Of a stretch of DNA of 64,000 nucleotides, positions 10,587 to 19,467 are shown piece after piece. Positions within the stretch are counted from its first letter, which is position 1. The number at the start of each line of letters is the position of its first letter. A model generated the notes under the pieces. That model was given only the letters and a program-made list of their open reading frames with translations, did no database searches and was not told the DNA's origin. The position numbers were made by a program, and so were the translations under genes. The DNA comes from an uncultured Bacilli bacterium (GTDB lineage: Bacteria > Bacillota_I > Bacilli_A > RFN20 > CAG-826), in contig CALVXI010000002.1 of assembly GCA_944368975.1 (NCBI GenBank), positions 12,513 to 76,512 of the forward strand, read 5' to 3'.

Positions 10587-12341
10587 ATGTTAGTTAATTT
10601 TAAACACACAGATTCATATCATAGAGGTCATCCTAATCCACAATGTTTTAGGGAAGATTATCAATTATTAAATGGCCAGTGGAAATTTTATTTTGATGAA
10701 GAAGATGTTGGAATTAATTTGAAATATTATGAAAAATTTCCTAGTGATTATTCGTTAATTAATGTTCCTTATGCTTATCAGACTAAATCAAGTGGTATTA
10801 CTAAAGCATATAAACAGTGTGATGTAATATGGTATGAAAAAGAAATAGAAATTAATGATTTAAATAAGATTAAGTTGCTTAAATTTTTAGGTGTCGATTA
10901 TTTAACTGATATTTATATTAATAGTGTTTATTGTTTTAGACATGAAGGAGGTTATGACTCATTTGAATTAGAATTAAATAAATATTTGCATTTAGGAAAA
11001 AACAAAATCACATTAAGAGTAGAAGATAAATATCATGTCGATCAATTAAGAGGAAAACAACGCTGGAGAGAAAATAATTTTACATGTTTTTATAAAGAAA
11101 CATCGGGTATATATAAAGATGTATATTTGGAAAATTTAAATGAAATTTACATAAAATACTTTAGTTTTAAAGGCTTTTATAATGAAAAGAAACTTAATAT
11201 ACATTATGAATTAAGTTCAAAAGATAATTTAATTTTAGAAGTTTATATTAAAGAATTAAAGGAAACTCATAATTTTATAATTAAAGATATTAGTGGTGAT
11301 TTAGTAATTCATTTTGATGAGATTATTGGTTATAGTGATGAAAATCCATATTTATATAATGTTATACTTTCGCTTAAAAAAGATAATTCTGTTTTAGATA
11401 AGATTTATACATATTTTGGCTTTATTACATTTGAAGCTAAAAATAAAAGAATATTCGTTAATAATAAGGACACATATTTAAAGTTTGTTCTTGATCAAGG
11501 GTATTATCCAGACGGAGGACTTACTCCAACTGAGGAAGAAATAATAAATGATTTAACACTAATTAAAAAATGCGGTCTTAATGGTTTAAGAAAACATGAA
11601 AAAGTAGAAAGTCCTTTATATCACTATTATTTAGATATTATTGGACTATATGTTTGGTTAGAAGTTCCAAGTGCTCATGAATATAGTTATGAATTAAAAA
11701 AGAAATATATAAAGCAAGTTAATGGAATAATTAAAGATAATTACTCGCATCCTACTATAATGAGTTATGTATTGTTTAATGAATCATGGGGGATTAATGA
11801 AATTAAAGAAAGTGCAGAAATTCAAGAATTTGTTAATGATATGTACTTGTATTATAAGAAAAATTCGATTGATAGATTTGTTATATCTAATGATGGATGG
11901 GAACATGAAAAAAGCGATTTATTAACCTTCCATAACTATGCTGGTACTTATGAAGAATTAGTAAATATTTATAAGCCAGGTTTTGAAAAAGTATTTAAAG
12001 GAGCTAATGCAGATACAATTACTAATTATAAAACATTCTATGTTGGTGGATATCATTATGAAAATGAACCTGTTATTTTTAGCGAATTTGCTGGCATAGC
12101 TTTTAGTAAAGATTTAAATAATGAAAACTGGGGCTATGGAGAAAGTGTAAAAAACGAAGAAGAATTTTTAAATAAATATAAAAATCAATTAAGATTTATA
12201 AAAGATTATGATTTTATTCGAGGGTTTTGTATAACTCAATTTACAGACACATATCAAGAAGTTAATGGTTTATTTGCATTTGATAGATCTCCAAAAGTTG
12301 ATATTGAAAAACTTAGAATGATGCATGAGGAATTTAAATAA
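10587..12341 (+). CDS. Glycoside hydrolase family 2 (beta-galactosidase/beta-glucuronidase-like)
   Basis: HPNPQCFR, LNGQWKF, HEGGY, QLRGKQ, LDQGYYPDG, acid/base FNESWG, nucleophile SEFAG. Confidence 0.9.
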   Translation: MLVNFKHTDSYHRGHPNPQCFREDYQLLNGQWKFYFDEEDVGINLKYYEKFPSDYSLINVPYAYQTKSSGITKAYKQCDVIWYEKEIEINDLNKIKLLKFLGVDYLTDIYINSVYCFRHEGGYDSFELELNKYLHLGKNKITLRVEDKYHVDQLRGKQRWRENNFTCFYKETSGIYKDVYLENLNEIYIKYFSFKGFYNEKKLNIHYELSSKDNLILEVYIKELKETHNFIIKDISGDLVIHFDEIIGYSDENPYLYNVILSLKKDNSVLDKIYTYFGFITFEAKNKRIFVNNKDTYLKFVLDQGYYPDGGLTPTEEEIINDLTLIKKCGLNGLRKHEKVESPLYHYYLDIIGLYVWLEVPSAHEYSYELKKKYIKQVNGIIKDNYSHPTIMSYVLFNESWGINEIKESAEIQEFVNDMYLYYKKNSIDRFVISNDGWEHEKSDLLTFHNYAGTYEELVNIYKPGFEKVFKGANADTITNYKTFYVGGYHYENEPVIFSEFAGIAFSKDLNNENWGYGESVKNEEEFLNKYKNQLRFIKDYDFIRGFCITQFTDTYQEVNGLFAFDRSPKVDIEKLRMMHEEFK

Positions 12342-14188
12342 TGCTTTTTTTGAATATAGATAATATCGATAGTAGAATTGCTAATAGTATAATTGAGTTA
12401 GAAAATGATTTTCCAATAAGATTTTCCTCTGATGGTCTATTATTACGATTATATCATGACAAGGAAAATAAAATTGAATTTGATAAAAATAATAAGGTTT
12501 TAAAGGTTTATTTTATTAAAGAGACTTTTATTTACTTTGCTATTCATAAGTTAATGAACAGAAAATTTGATAAATCTTTCGTTAAAAAATTTAATAAGAA
12601 ATTAGAGGAATTGGCTTTTCAAATTGATTGCTCAAGAAATAATGTTTTTAAAGTTAAAAGTATGAAAATATTAATTCGTTACCTCGCATTTATGGGTTAC
12701 GATGTTCTTTATTTATATCTTGAAGATACTTATCAATTACTTGAAGATGATTATTTCGGAAAATTTAGAGGAAGATATTCATTAAATGAATTAAGGGAAA
12801 TAGTCGAATATGGTGAAAAATTTGATATAGAAATTAGAACAAGCATACAAACTTTAGCTCACTTAGACACAATGTTTAAATGGGTCAAATACGAAAGTAT
12901 CCGCGATAATTCCGATATATTATTGTGTAATAGCAATGAGACTTATAAGCTAATTGATTTAATGTTTAGAAATTTAAGAAAAGCTTTAAAAACAAAAATC
13001 ATTAATGTTGGAATGGACGAAGCAAGATTATTAGGAAAAGGCAAATATAATGAGCTTTATGGATATCTTGATAAAAAAGAAATTCTTTATAACCATTTAT
13101 TAAAAGTTAATGAAATAGCAAAAAGATATGATTTCAAGATTGAAATGTGGAGTGATGTTTTCTTTTCTACAGGATATGATTTATATAATTTAAACGAAGG
13201 TATTGAAAAGAAAGTACCAGATGATGTTACTTTAGTTTATTGGGAATATACTCAAAAAGACAAAAAAGAATATCAAAGAATTATTAATATGCATAAAAAG
13301 CAAGCATCTTCGATTAAAGTAGCAGGAGGAGCTTATAATTGGTTAGGCTATTCTCCTAATAATCAATATTCGATTATTCAGACAAAAAATCTTTTTGAAG
13401 TTTGCTTAAAAAATAAAATAAAAGATTTTATTTTAACTACTTGGAATGATGATGGCGGTGAAACTAATGTTTTTTTGGTTCTACCAGTTTTAAATTATTT
13501 ATCTAACCTTACCTATGGGAATAGAAATACAAAAAATGATTTTAAGATATTAACCAATATTCCTATTAGTCAATTTTTGCTTTTAGATCAATTAAATAAT
13601 TTAGTTCAAGATATTGATGTATCTTATTATGTAAATAATTCTAATAAGCATTTACTTTTTAATGATTTATTATTAGGTACTTACGATCAATTTTTTAAAG
13701 ATTTTAATTTAGATAATTATTATGAAATCTATAAAAAGATAAGAGTCAAAAAAAGCAATAAATTCTATTATTTATTTTATTCATTAAAAAAATTAGCTTT
13801 AATTTTAAATATTAAGTGTGAAATAACATTGGCATTAAGAAAGGCTTATCAAGAAAAAAATAAAGATAAAATAAGAGACATAATTCTTGGAATTGATAAC
13901 CTTATTAAAGAGTTTAAGCTATTTTATAAAGCTTATAAAAAAGGCTTTTTATCTTTTTCTAAACCTCAAGGATTTGATGTTCAAGATTTAAGATTTGGCG
14001 GAACAATTTTTAGGTTAAGACATGTTAGGGAAATTTTAAATGATTATATATCTAATAAAATTGATGTTATTGAGGAATTAGAAGAAGAACAATTAGATTT
14101 TTTTGGAAATGGAAAGAATTATAAGGACGATTTGAATTATATTGAATATAGTTATAGTGCTAATTCCTCGAGAAATTTAAATAAATAA
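12341..14188 (+). CDS. Glycoside hydrolase family 20 beta-N-acetylhexosaminidase
   Basis: IDCSRN, LYLEDTY, IQTLAH, catalytic GMDEA, MWSD, TTWNDDG. Confidence 0.88.
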   Translation: MLFLNIDNIDSRIANSIIELENDFPIRFSSDGLLLRLYHDKENKIEFDKNNKVLKVYFIKETFIYFAIHKLMNRKFDKSFVKKFNKKLEELAFQIDCSRNNVFKVKSMKILIRYLAFMGYDVLYLYLEDTYQLLEDDYFGKFRGRYSLNELREIVEYGEKFDIEIRTSIQTLAHLDTMFKWVKYESIRDNSDILLCNSNETYKLIDLMFRNLRKALKTKIINVGMDEARLLGKGKYNELYGYLDKKEILYNHLLKVNEIAKRYDFKIEMWSDVFFSTGYDLYNLNEGIEKKVPDDVTLVYWEYTQKDKKEYQRIINMHKKQASSIKVAGGAYNWLGYSPNNQYSIIQTKNLFEVCLKNKIKDFILTTWNDDGGETNVFLVLPVLNYLSNLTYGNRNTKNDFKILTNIPISQFLLLDQLNNLVQDIDVSYYVNNSNKHLLFNDLLLGTYDQFFKDFNLDNYYEIYKKIRVKKSNKFYYLFYSLKKLALILNIKCEITLALRKAYQEKNKDKIRDIILGIDNLIKEFKLFYKAYKKGFLSFSKPQGFDVQDLRFGGTIFRLRHVREILNDYISNKIDVIEELEEEQLDFFGNGKNYKDDLNYIEYSYSANSSRNLNK

Positions 14189-14239
14189 TTATTCTTTTAT
14201 AATCAAAAGATATTGTTAATTAAATTTAAATACCACTAC

Positions 14240-14330
14240 ATTTTTCCCTTGAAAAAGCTGTAAACCAATGCGATTTTTCCCTTGAAAAAGGTGTAAATAA
14301 CATAAATTTTTCCTTTAAAAAAAGTGCAAT
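14240..14330 (+). repeat. Three tandem 33-bp-period repeats (ATTTTTCCCTTGAAAAAGNTGTAAA core)
   Basis: Copies at 14240-14264, 14273-14297 and 14306-14330 (degenerate); internal dyad TTTTTC-N4-GAAAAA. Confidence 0.85.
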
Positions 14331-14480
14331 ATCTTTAGAGATGAGTGATATTTTAAATGAAATTTTATAATCAAAAGTTAATAAGAAACTAACTAAAATA
14401 TCTTAATATAAGTTTCATTAAGTATTAAATCTAACTAAATTTTCGACTAAAATGGAGTTGTAATCCAAAAAGGTCGAAAA

Positions 14481-14750
14481 ATCTATATTAAAAACTATTA
14501 AAAACACAATTTTAAATTTAAGTAATCAATTTCCGATTATTGTTATTTCTGTAGCTATGCAAGTTGATAAAATAACAATGCTTCAAATGATTAAGGAAAA
14601 TAATACGAATTATGTTACTTTAGATGATTTTAGCGCTAGAAATATAGCTTTAACAGATACGAAATATTTTTTTAAAACAATATTGATATCTTTTATTAAG
14701 TAATGAAATACAATATAGAACTAATTTTTTGGAATATATAAAAATAATTG
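14481..14750 (+). pseudogene. Decayed N-terminal fragment of an AAA_14-type ATP-binding protein
   Basis: Translates as IKNTILNLSNQFPIIVISVAMQVDKITMLQMIKENNTNYVTLDDFSARNIALTDTKYFF (eroded Walker A GxRQVGKT and YVTLDD), then frameshifts; boundaries approximate. Confidence 0.75.
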
Positions 14751-14925
14751 AGGCTGATAAAAACTTTTAAAGTTTTTAAATAAATATTCTAAATGTTTAA
14801 GAGTAATAGAAAATAAGAAACATATTTGTTTATATTAATAATAAGTAAATCTACTAACTTATTAAGTTAAAATAATATCGCTATTACGTATGCTGAAGTT
14901 TGATTTTTTGTAACTATTCGTAATT

Positions 14926-15020
14926 ATCACAATTATACGCCGTATAAATGTGAAATAATCACATAAAAATTTAAAAAATAGTGAAAAAATCACAATTATA
15001 CGCCGTATAAATGTGAAATA
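14926..15020 (+). repeat. Three tandem ~32-bp palindromic repeats upstream of the AAA ATPase gene
   Basis: ATCACAATTATACGCCGTATAAATGTGAAATA identical at 14926-14957 and 14989-15020; middle unit 14958-14988 keeps only the ATCACA...GTGAAA ends. Confidence 0.9.
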
Positions 15021-15057
15021 TGTTGTAATTTTTGAAAAAATTATTTAATATATCTAT

Positions 15058-16425
15058 ATGTTTTATAGAAAAATTACTGAAAAGTTAAAGGCATGGAAGA
15101 AAAGTAAAAATAAAGTGCCAATTATTATAAAAGGTTTAAGACAAGTTGGTAAAACTACGACTGTTTTAGCTTTTGCAAAAGAAAATTATGAGAATATTGT
15201 TTATATTGACTTCCGTCAAGATAATATATTTAAATCAGCATTTGATGATGATTTAAATATCGATAGAATAATTTATCGATTAAAAACTTTAAATCCTAGT
15301 TTTAATTTTGTTCCAAATAAAACTGTAATTATTTTTGATGAATTACAAGAATGTGCTAGAGCACGAGCTTCTTTAAAATATTTTGCTTTAGATAATAGAT
15401 TTGATATTATTGGAACTGGTTCATTATTAGGATTAAAAAACTATAATTTAGATTTTGAAAAATCAGTTTCAGTTGGTTATGAATACTTTATTGATATGTA
15501 TCCTCTTGATTTTGAGGAATTTATTTTAGCTCTAGGATATGATAACTTAAATAGTATTTTAAAAGAAAATTTAATTAAAAAAACTGAGATTAGCAAAGTT
15601 TTTCATGATTTAGCTTTAAATTTGTTTCGCCAGTATTTAATTGTCGGTGGAATGCCTAATATTGTTAAAAGTTACATAGAGAATAAAGATTTATTTATGC
15701 TTAGAGAAAATCAAAAAAATATTTTAACGTCTTTTGAAATGGACTTTGGACGTTATATTAATGAAAACAATATCGTAAAAAGAGATAATGAACTTTTTAA
15801 TAAAATCCTTAAAGTTTATCATTCAATCCCTAATCAATTAGCAAAAGAAAATAAAAAATTTCAATTATCAAAAATTAATCATAATGCAAGAATGAGAGAA
15901 TATGAAGAAGCTATCGATTGGTTAAATGATTCAGGAATTGTTTATAAAGTTAATAATATTTCTTTAATTGAAACGCCACTAATGTCATATAGAATTGATG
16001 AAGCATTTAAACTTTATTTTGCTGATACTGGCTTACTTTTAAGTGAATATGATTATGGTTTTCAAGACCAAATTTTAAATGGTGACTCCTCAGTGTTTAA
16101 TGGAGCCTTATATGAAAATATAGTTGCATCTTTATTAAAAATTAATGGTTTTAATCTTTATTATTTTTCTAAACTTAATCGCTTAGAAATTGACTTTGTT
16201 ATAACTTATAATGCTTTACCTTGTGTAGTTGAAGTTAAAGCAACTAATTCAAAATCTAAATCTTTATCAACATTAATGAATAATAAAATAATGTATGGAT
16301 CAAATAACATTAAAGCAATTAAGTTTTATGATAAAAATATAAATATAGATGAAACTAAAGGAATAATTTATTTACCTTATTATTTAGCAACTTACATTAA
16401 AGTTACTGATAAAGCTTTATTTTAA
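15058..16425 (+). CDS. AAA_14 family ATPase with C-terminal DUF4143 (PD-(D/E)XK nuclease-like) domain
   Basis: Walker A GLRQVGKT, Walker B IIFDELQ, GTGSLLG, MYPLDFEEF, VGGMP, KLYFADTGLL, EIDFVI...VEVKA. Confidence 0.9.
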   Translation: MFYRKITEKLKAWKKSKNKVPIIIKGLRQVGKTTTVLAFAKENYENIVYIDFRQDNIFKSAFDDDLNIDRIIYRLKTLNPSFNFVPNKTVIIFDELQECARARASLKYFALDNRFDIIGTGSLLGLKNYNLDFEKSVSVGYEYFIDMYPLDFEEFILALGYDNLNSILKENLIKKTEISKVFHDLALNLFRQYLIVGGMPNIVKSYIENKDLFMLRENQKNILTSFEMDFGRYINENNIVKRDNELFNKILKVYHSIPNQLAKENKKFQLSKINHNARMREYEEAIDWLNDSGIVYKVNNISLIETPLMSYRIDEAFKLYFADTGLLLSEYDYGFQDQILNGDSSVFNGALYENIVASLLKINGFNLYYFSKLNRLEIDFVITYNALPCVVEVKATNSKSKSLSTLMNNKIMYGSNNIKAIKFYDKNINIDETKGIIYLPYYLATYIKVTDKALF

Positions 16426-16510
16426 ATTAATTTAATTTAATTTAAAAAATATGTAATTGAGAATTTAGTAATATATCGAATTATATTAAATCTTTTATAA
16501 ATATAACTTT

Positions 16511-16935
16511 TTAGTATTGAATTTTAAAATAATCAAGGTTAAGTTTAAATCTATCTTGTGCCATAAGGCATGTATCACGTAAATAACCAGGTTCATTTAT
16601 CCATTTTTTTAAACCACGATAATAGAATAACTTAAGTTTTTCATCGATAATAAACGGTACGATATCGTATTTTAAGCATGCTTTAAAAAGTAAAAGTCTA
16701 CCAACACGTCCATTTCCATCTTGAAAAGATGGATACATTCAAATTTATAATGAAAGTCTAATAAGTAGTCAAATGTCTTTTCTTTCTTCATGTTATATTC
16801 AAAAAGTAATTCCTTCATTTTTTTAGAAACTTCTTTAGGTTTAGTTGTAAATATATCACCGGCGGTATTTGTTAATCGTTTATAATCACCAACGGCAAAA
16901 TAGTCTTGACGTGCATCTGTTGTTCCATTTTTTAG
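16511..16935 (-). pseudogene. Fic family protein, 5'-truncated and frameshifted in the catalytic motif
   Basis: One frame reads LKNGTTDARQDYFAVGDYKRL...DFHYKFECIH and another continues FQDGNGRVGRLL; a 1-nt deletion near 16730 splits HPFQDGNGR. Confidence 0.85.
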
Positions 16936-16991
16936 CTATTTCAACAGCAGATAAATATTTTATATATTATGACTTAATTATTTGTATATAA

Positions 16992-17050
16992 AATTATCGG
17001 CAAAAAAAGTAAATTATTATTTATGTGTTTTTGGATTTTTACCGATAAAT
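16992..17050. promoter_or_regulatory. Imperfect inverted repeat in the divergent region upstream of the fic remnant
   Basis: AATTATCGGCAAAAA ... TTTTTACCGATAAAT. Confidence 0.4.
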
Positions 17051-17109
17051 GCAAAAAGCGCTTTATTTTATAATCATGAAATAGTTATGAGAAAGAAGTT
17101 ATAAAAGCG

Positions 17110-17277
17110 ATGACAAATAAAAGTAATAATGATTTTGAAAGAAGATTAGAACTTTGCATCATGAAAAATTATTCTAAAAATAATAATAGATTTCTTGCTT
17201 TACATCTTGATACTTTTAATGTCTTAGTTGTTAATAGTGTCTTAGAAAAAGCTATTGATAAATTTGAATTAGTGTAA
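17110..17277 (+). CDS. Small hypothetical ORF (55 aa), possibly a gene remnant
   Basis: MTNKSNNDFERRLELC...IDKFELV*; upstream ATG at 17076 is 1 nt out of frame. Confidence 0.3.
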   Translation: MTNKSNNDFERRLELCIMKNYSKNNNRFLALHLDTFNVLVVNSVLEKAIDKFELV

Positions 17278-17335
17278 TTAATTTGTTGATTTTTATTAAA
17301 GTTTTGCAAACTTTTTTTATTATTTTATTATATTG

Positions 17336-17401
17336 TGCAAAATTTGACCTAATAAAGTATTAAAATATGACCGAATGAATTTGCAAAATTTGACCGAATA
17401 A
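17336..17401 (+). repeat. Three tandem 23-bp-period repeats (TGCAAAATTTGACCGAATAA core)
   Basis: Copies start at 17336, 17359 and 17382; array ends 14 nt before ATG 17416. Confidence 0.85.
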
Positions 17402-17415
17402 TATGATATTGTGTT

Positions 17416-17975
17416 ATGGATAAAATTGTTAAACTTAATTTATATAAAAGAAGAATCGTCGATGAAAAAATTGAAAAGTATTTAAAAACTGTTGGAGCAA
17501 TCTGTATAGAAGGGCCTAAATGGTTTAGCAAAGCTTGGACTTCGTCTTATCATTCTAATAGTGAATTTTTAGTTGCAGATCCTTCTTTAGCTTGTGCGTT
17601 ACTGAAAGTTAATGAAAATAAATTAATTCATGATTTAAGTTTATTTGGATTTTTATTTGAAGCATTTGTTGAAAGAGATTTAAGAATTTATGCTGATTCA
17701 TTTAATGCCTCTTTATATCATTATCAAGATTATCATAATAATGAGATAGATGCAGTTATAGAACTTGAAGATGGTAATTGGTGTGCTTTTGAAATTAAGC
17801 TTGGTTCAAATCAAATTGATAGTGCAGCAAAAACCTTATATTGATTAAAAACGAAATAGAAAAAAATGGTGGTCTACCACCAAAAATAATGTGTGTAATT
17901 GTTGGATTAGGAGGTGTTTTTTATAAAAGAAATGATGGTGTTTATGTCGTTCCAATTAATGCTTTAAAAAATTAG
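17416..17975 (+). pseudogene. AAA ATPase/DUF4143 pseudogene with a large internal deletion and a C-terminal frameshift
   Basis: N-terminus YKRRIVDEKIEKYL...IEGPKWFSKAWT (eroded Walker A) joined directly to DUF4143 DPSLACALL...GFLFE...EIDAVIE...EIKLG; shifted frame ends YKRNDGVYVVPINALKN* at 17975. Confidence 0.85.
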
Positions 17976-17984
17976 ATTATTTTA
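17926..17984 (+). repeat. 59-bp direct repeat, copy 1 (3' end of the DUF4143 gene)
   Basis: 52/59 identical to 21944-22002. Confidence 0.85.
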
Positions 17985-18089
17985 GGAAAGTGATATGATA
18001 TAAAATAAGTAAAATCTGTGAAATCGAACGATGAGGATTCTTTAGTTGATAGTTAATTTCTTTGTGTTAAAATATAAATAGGTAAAGAA

Positions 18090-19466
18090 ATGATAAAAAA
18101 GTTTGAAATATTAGGAACTAGTTTTTTTGTAAATTTATTTAATGGCTTTTCTAGTGTAGATGAAAAATATATTTTAGATAGCATGCAAATTAAAGCAGCA
18201 CAATCACCAATTTTTAAATTTCCGATGTATAAAAAAATAACATTTTGTTTAGAACATACTAATTCTTGCAATTTAAAATGCAATTATTGTTTTAATAAAA
18301 ATAAAAATAATAAGAAAATTATTTTTGATGAGAAATACGAAGATTTTTTAGATAAATTATTTCTTTTTTATAAACAATGTGATAGATATTACATTGATTT
18401 AAGTTCAGATGCTGAGCCTCTAACCAATATAGATTTTATAAAATCTCTTGCTATTTATGTAAATAAGAAGCAAGAAGAAATTCGAAAAGAGATTTTAATT
18501 ACTTTTGTTACAAACGGAACATTACTTACAAAAGATGTGGTACAATTTTTGCAGAACAGTGGAATTATTTTTGGAATAAGCCTTGATGGCGATAAAGAGA
18601 TACATGACTTAAATAGGCGAGATTGTTTTGGACAAATCACTTATGACAAAATCATTTCTAATGTTTTAAATATAGAACATAGAGAATTTTTAGGTTGTGC
18701 TGTTACTTTGTCTTCAAAAGTTTTTTCATTAGTAGATTCACTAAAGAATTTAAATAAAATATTTCCTACTGTATCTTTTAAATTTGTTAGATTAAAAAAC
18801 GAATTCAATTATTCGATAGTAGACAAATGGTCTAATGAATATAACAAATTGACATTATTTCTGCTTGATGAAATAAATAAATATAATTTTAAATATCTAT
18901 TTTGTTTATTAAATGGCGATGATTATTTTGGAAAATTTATCTGTCTTAGTTTTTTAGGTGCTACACCTTATAATAGATGTGATGCAGCAAACGGCAGAAT
19001 TTTTATAGATATTGACTTAAATTTTTATCCATGTGTTCCATTAAAACAATATCCTTCAAAGTATAATATGAAAGTTGATAAAGATATTCATCTTAATGTT
19101 AGCGAATTAGAAAAAGTATACGAACTAACTAGGTATAATAGTGAATGTTCAAAATGTGACTTTCACTTTTTATGTGGTGGCGAGTGTTTAGTCGAAAAAG
19201 AATTAAATGGAGGAAATAACATTTATATTTGTGAAATTAAAAAACATCTAATCTTGCTTTCTAAATTTCTATATTTATCTTTAGTGGACGATGAAGAAAA
19301 ATTTAATATTATTTATAACTTCATTGTTGATAAATATAGAAAGAAAGCTGTTAGTGAAAGATTTAAAGAAATTGTTAGAAAAAACAATAATTTGTCTTTC
19401 AAGGAATGCAAGTCACTTTACTATCAAGAAATTAATAGTGACAATAATCAACAATTAAGGTATTAA
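18090..19466 (+). CDS. Radical SAM / SPASM domain protein (peptide- or protein-maturase type)
   Basis: CNLKCNYC; VTNGTLL, ISLDG..IHDLNR; SPASM cysteines RCDAANG...FYPCV...CSKCDFHFLCGGEC...IC. Confidence 0.88.
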   Translation: MIKKFEILGTSFFVNLFNGFSSVDEKYILDSMQIKAAQSPIFKFPMYKKITFCLEHTNSCNLKCNYCFNKNKNNKKIIFDEKYEDFLDKLFLFYKQCDRYYIDLSSDAEPLTNIDFIKSLAIYVNKKQEEIRKEILITFVTNGTLLTKDVVQFLQNSGIIFGISLDGDKEIHDLNRRDCFGQITYDKIISNVLNIEHREFLGCAVTLSSKVFSLVDSLKNLNKIFPTVSFKFVRLKNEFNYSIVDKWSNEYNKLTLFLLDEINKYNFKYLFCLLNGDDYFGKFICLSFLGATPYNRCDAANGRIFIDIDLNFYPCVPLKQYPSKYNMKVDKDIHLNVSELEKVYELTRYNSECSKCDFHFLCGGECLVEKELNGGNNIYICEIKKHLILLSKFLYLSLVDDEEKFNIIYNFIVDKYRKKAVSERFKEIVRKNNNLSFKECKSLYYQEINSDNNQQLRY

Positions 19467-19467
19467 T

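Noticed and set aside
14948-14964. Rex or CRP box at the repeat junction (TGTGA-N5-TCACA)
   Set aside because: Spacing is 5 rather than the 6 required
14926-15020. CRISPR array
   Set aside because: Only two identical repeats, the 'spacer' is a degenerate repeat unit, and there are no cas genes in the window
17976-18089. Precursor peptide upstream of the rSAM gene
   Set aside because: Only MI* after an RBS-like AGGAAAG and a 12-codon GTG ORF without Cys or aromatic residues
18053-18283. 76-aa Cys-containing ORF as a RiPP precursor
   Set aside because: Antisense to and overlapping the rSAM gene, no RBS, no leader/core character
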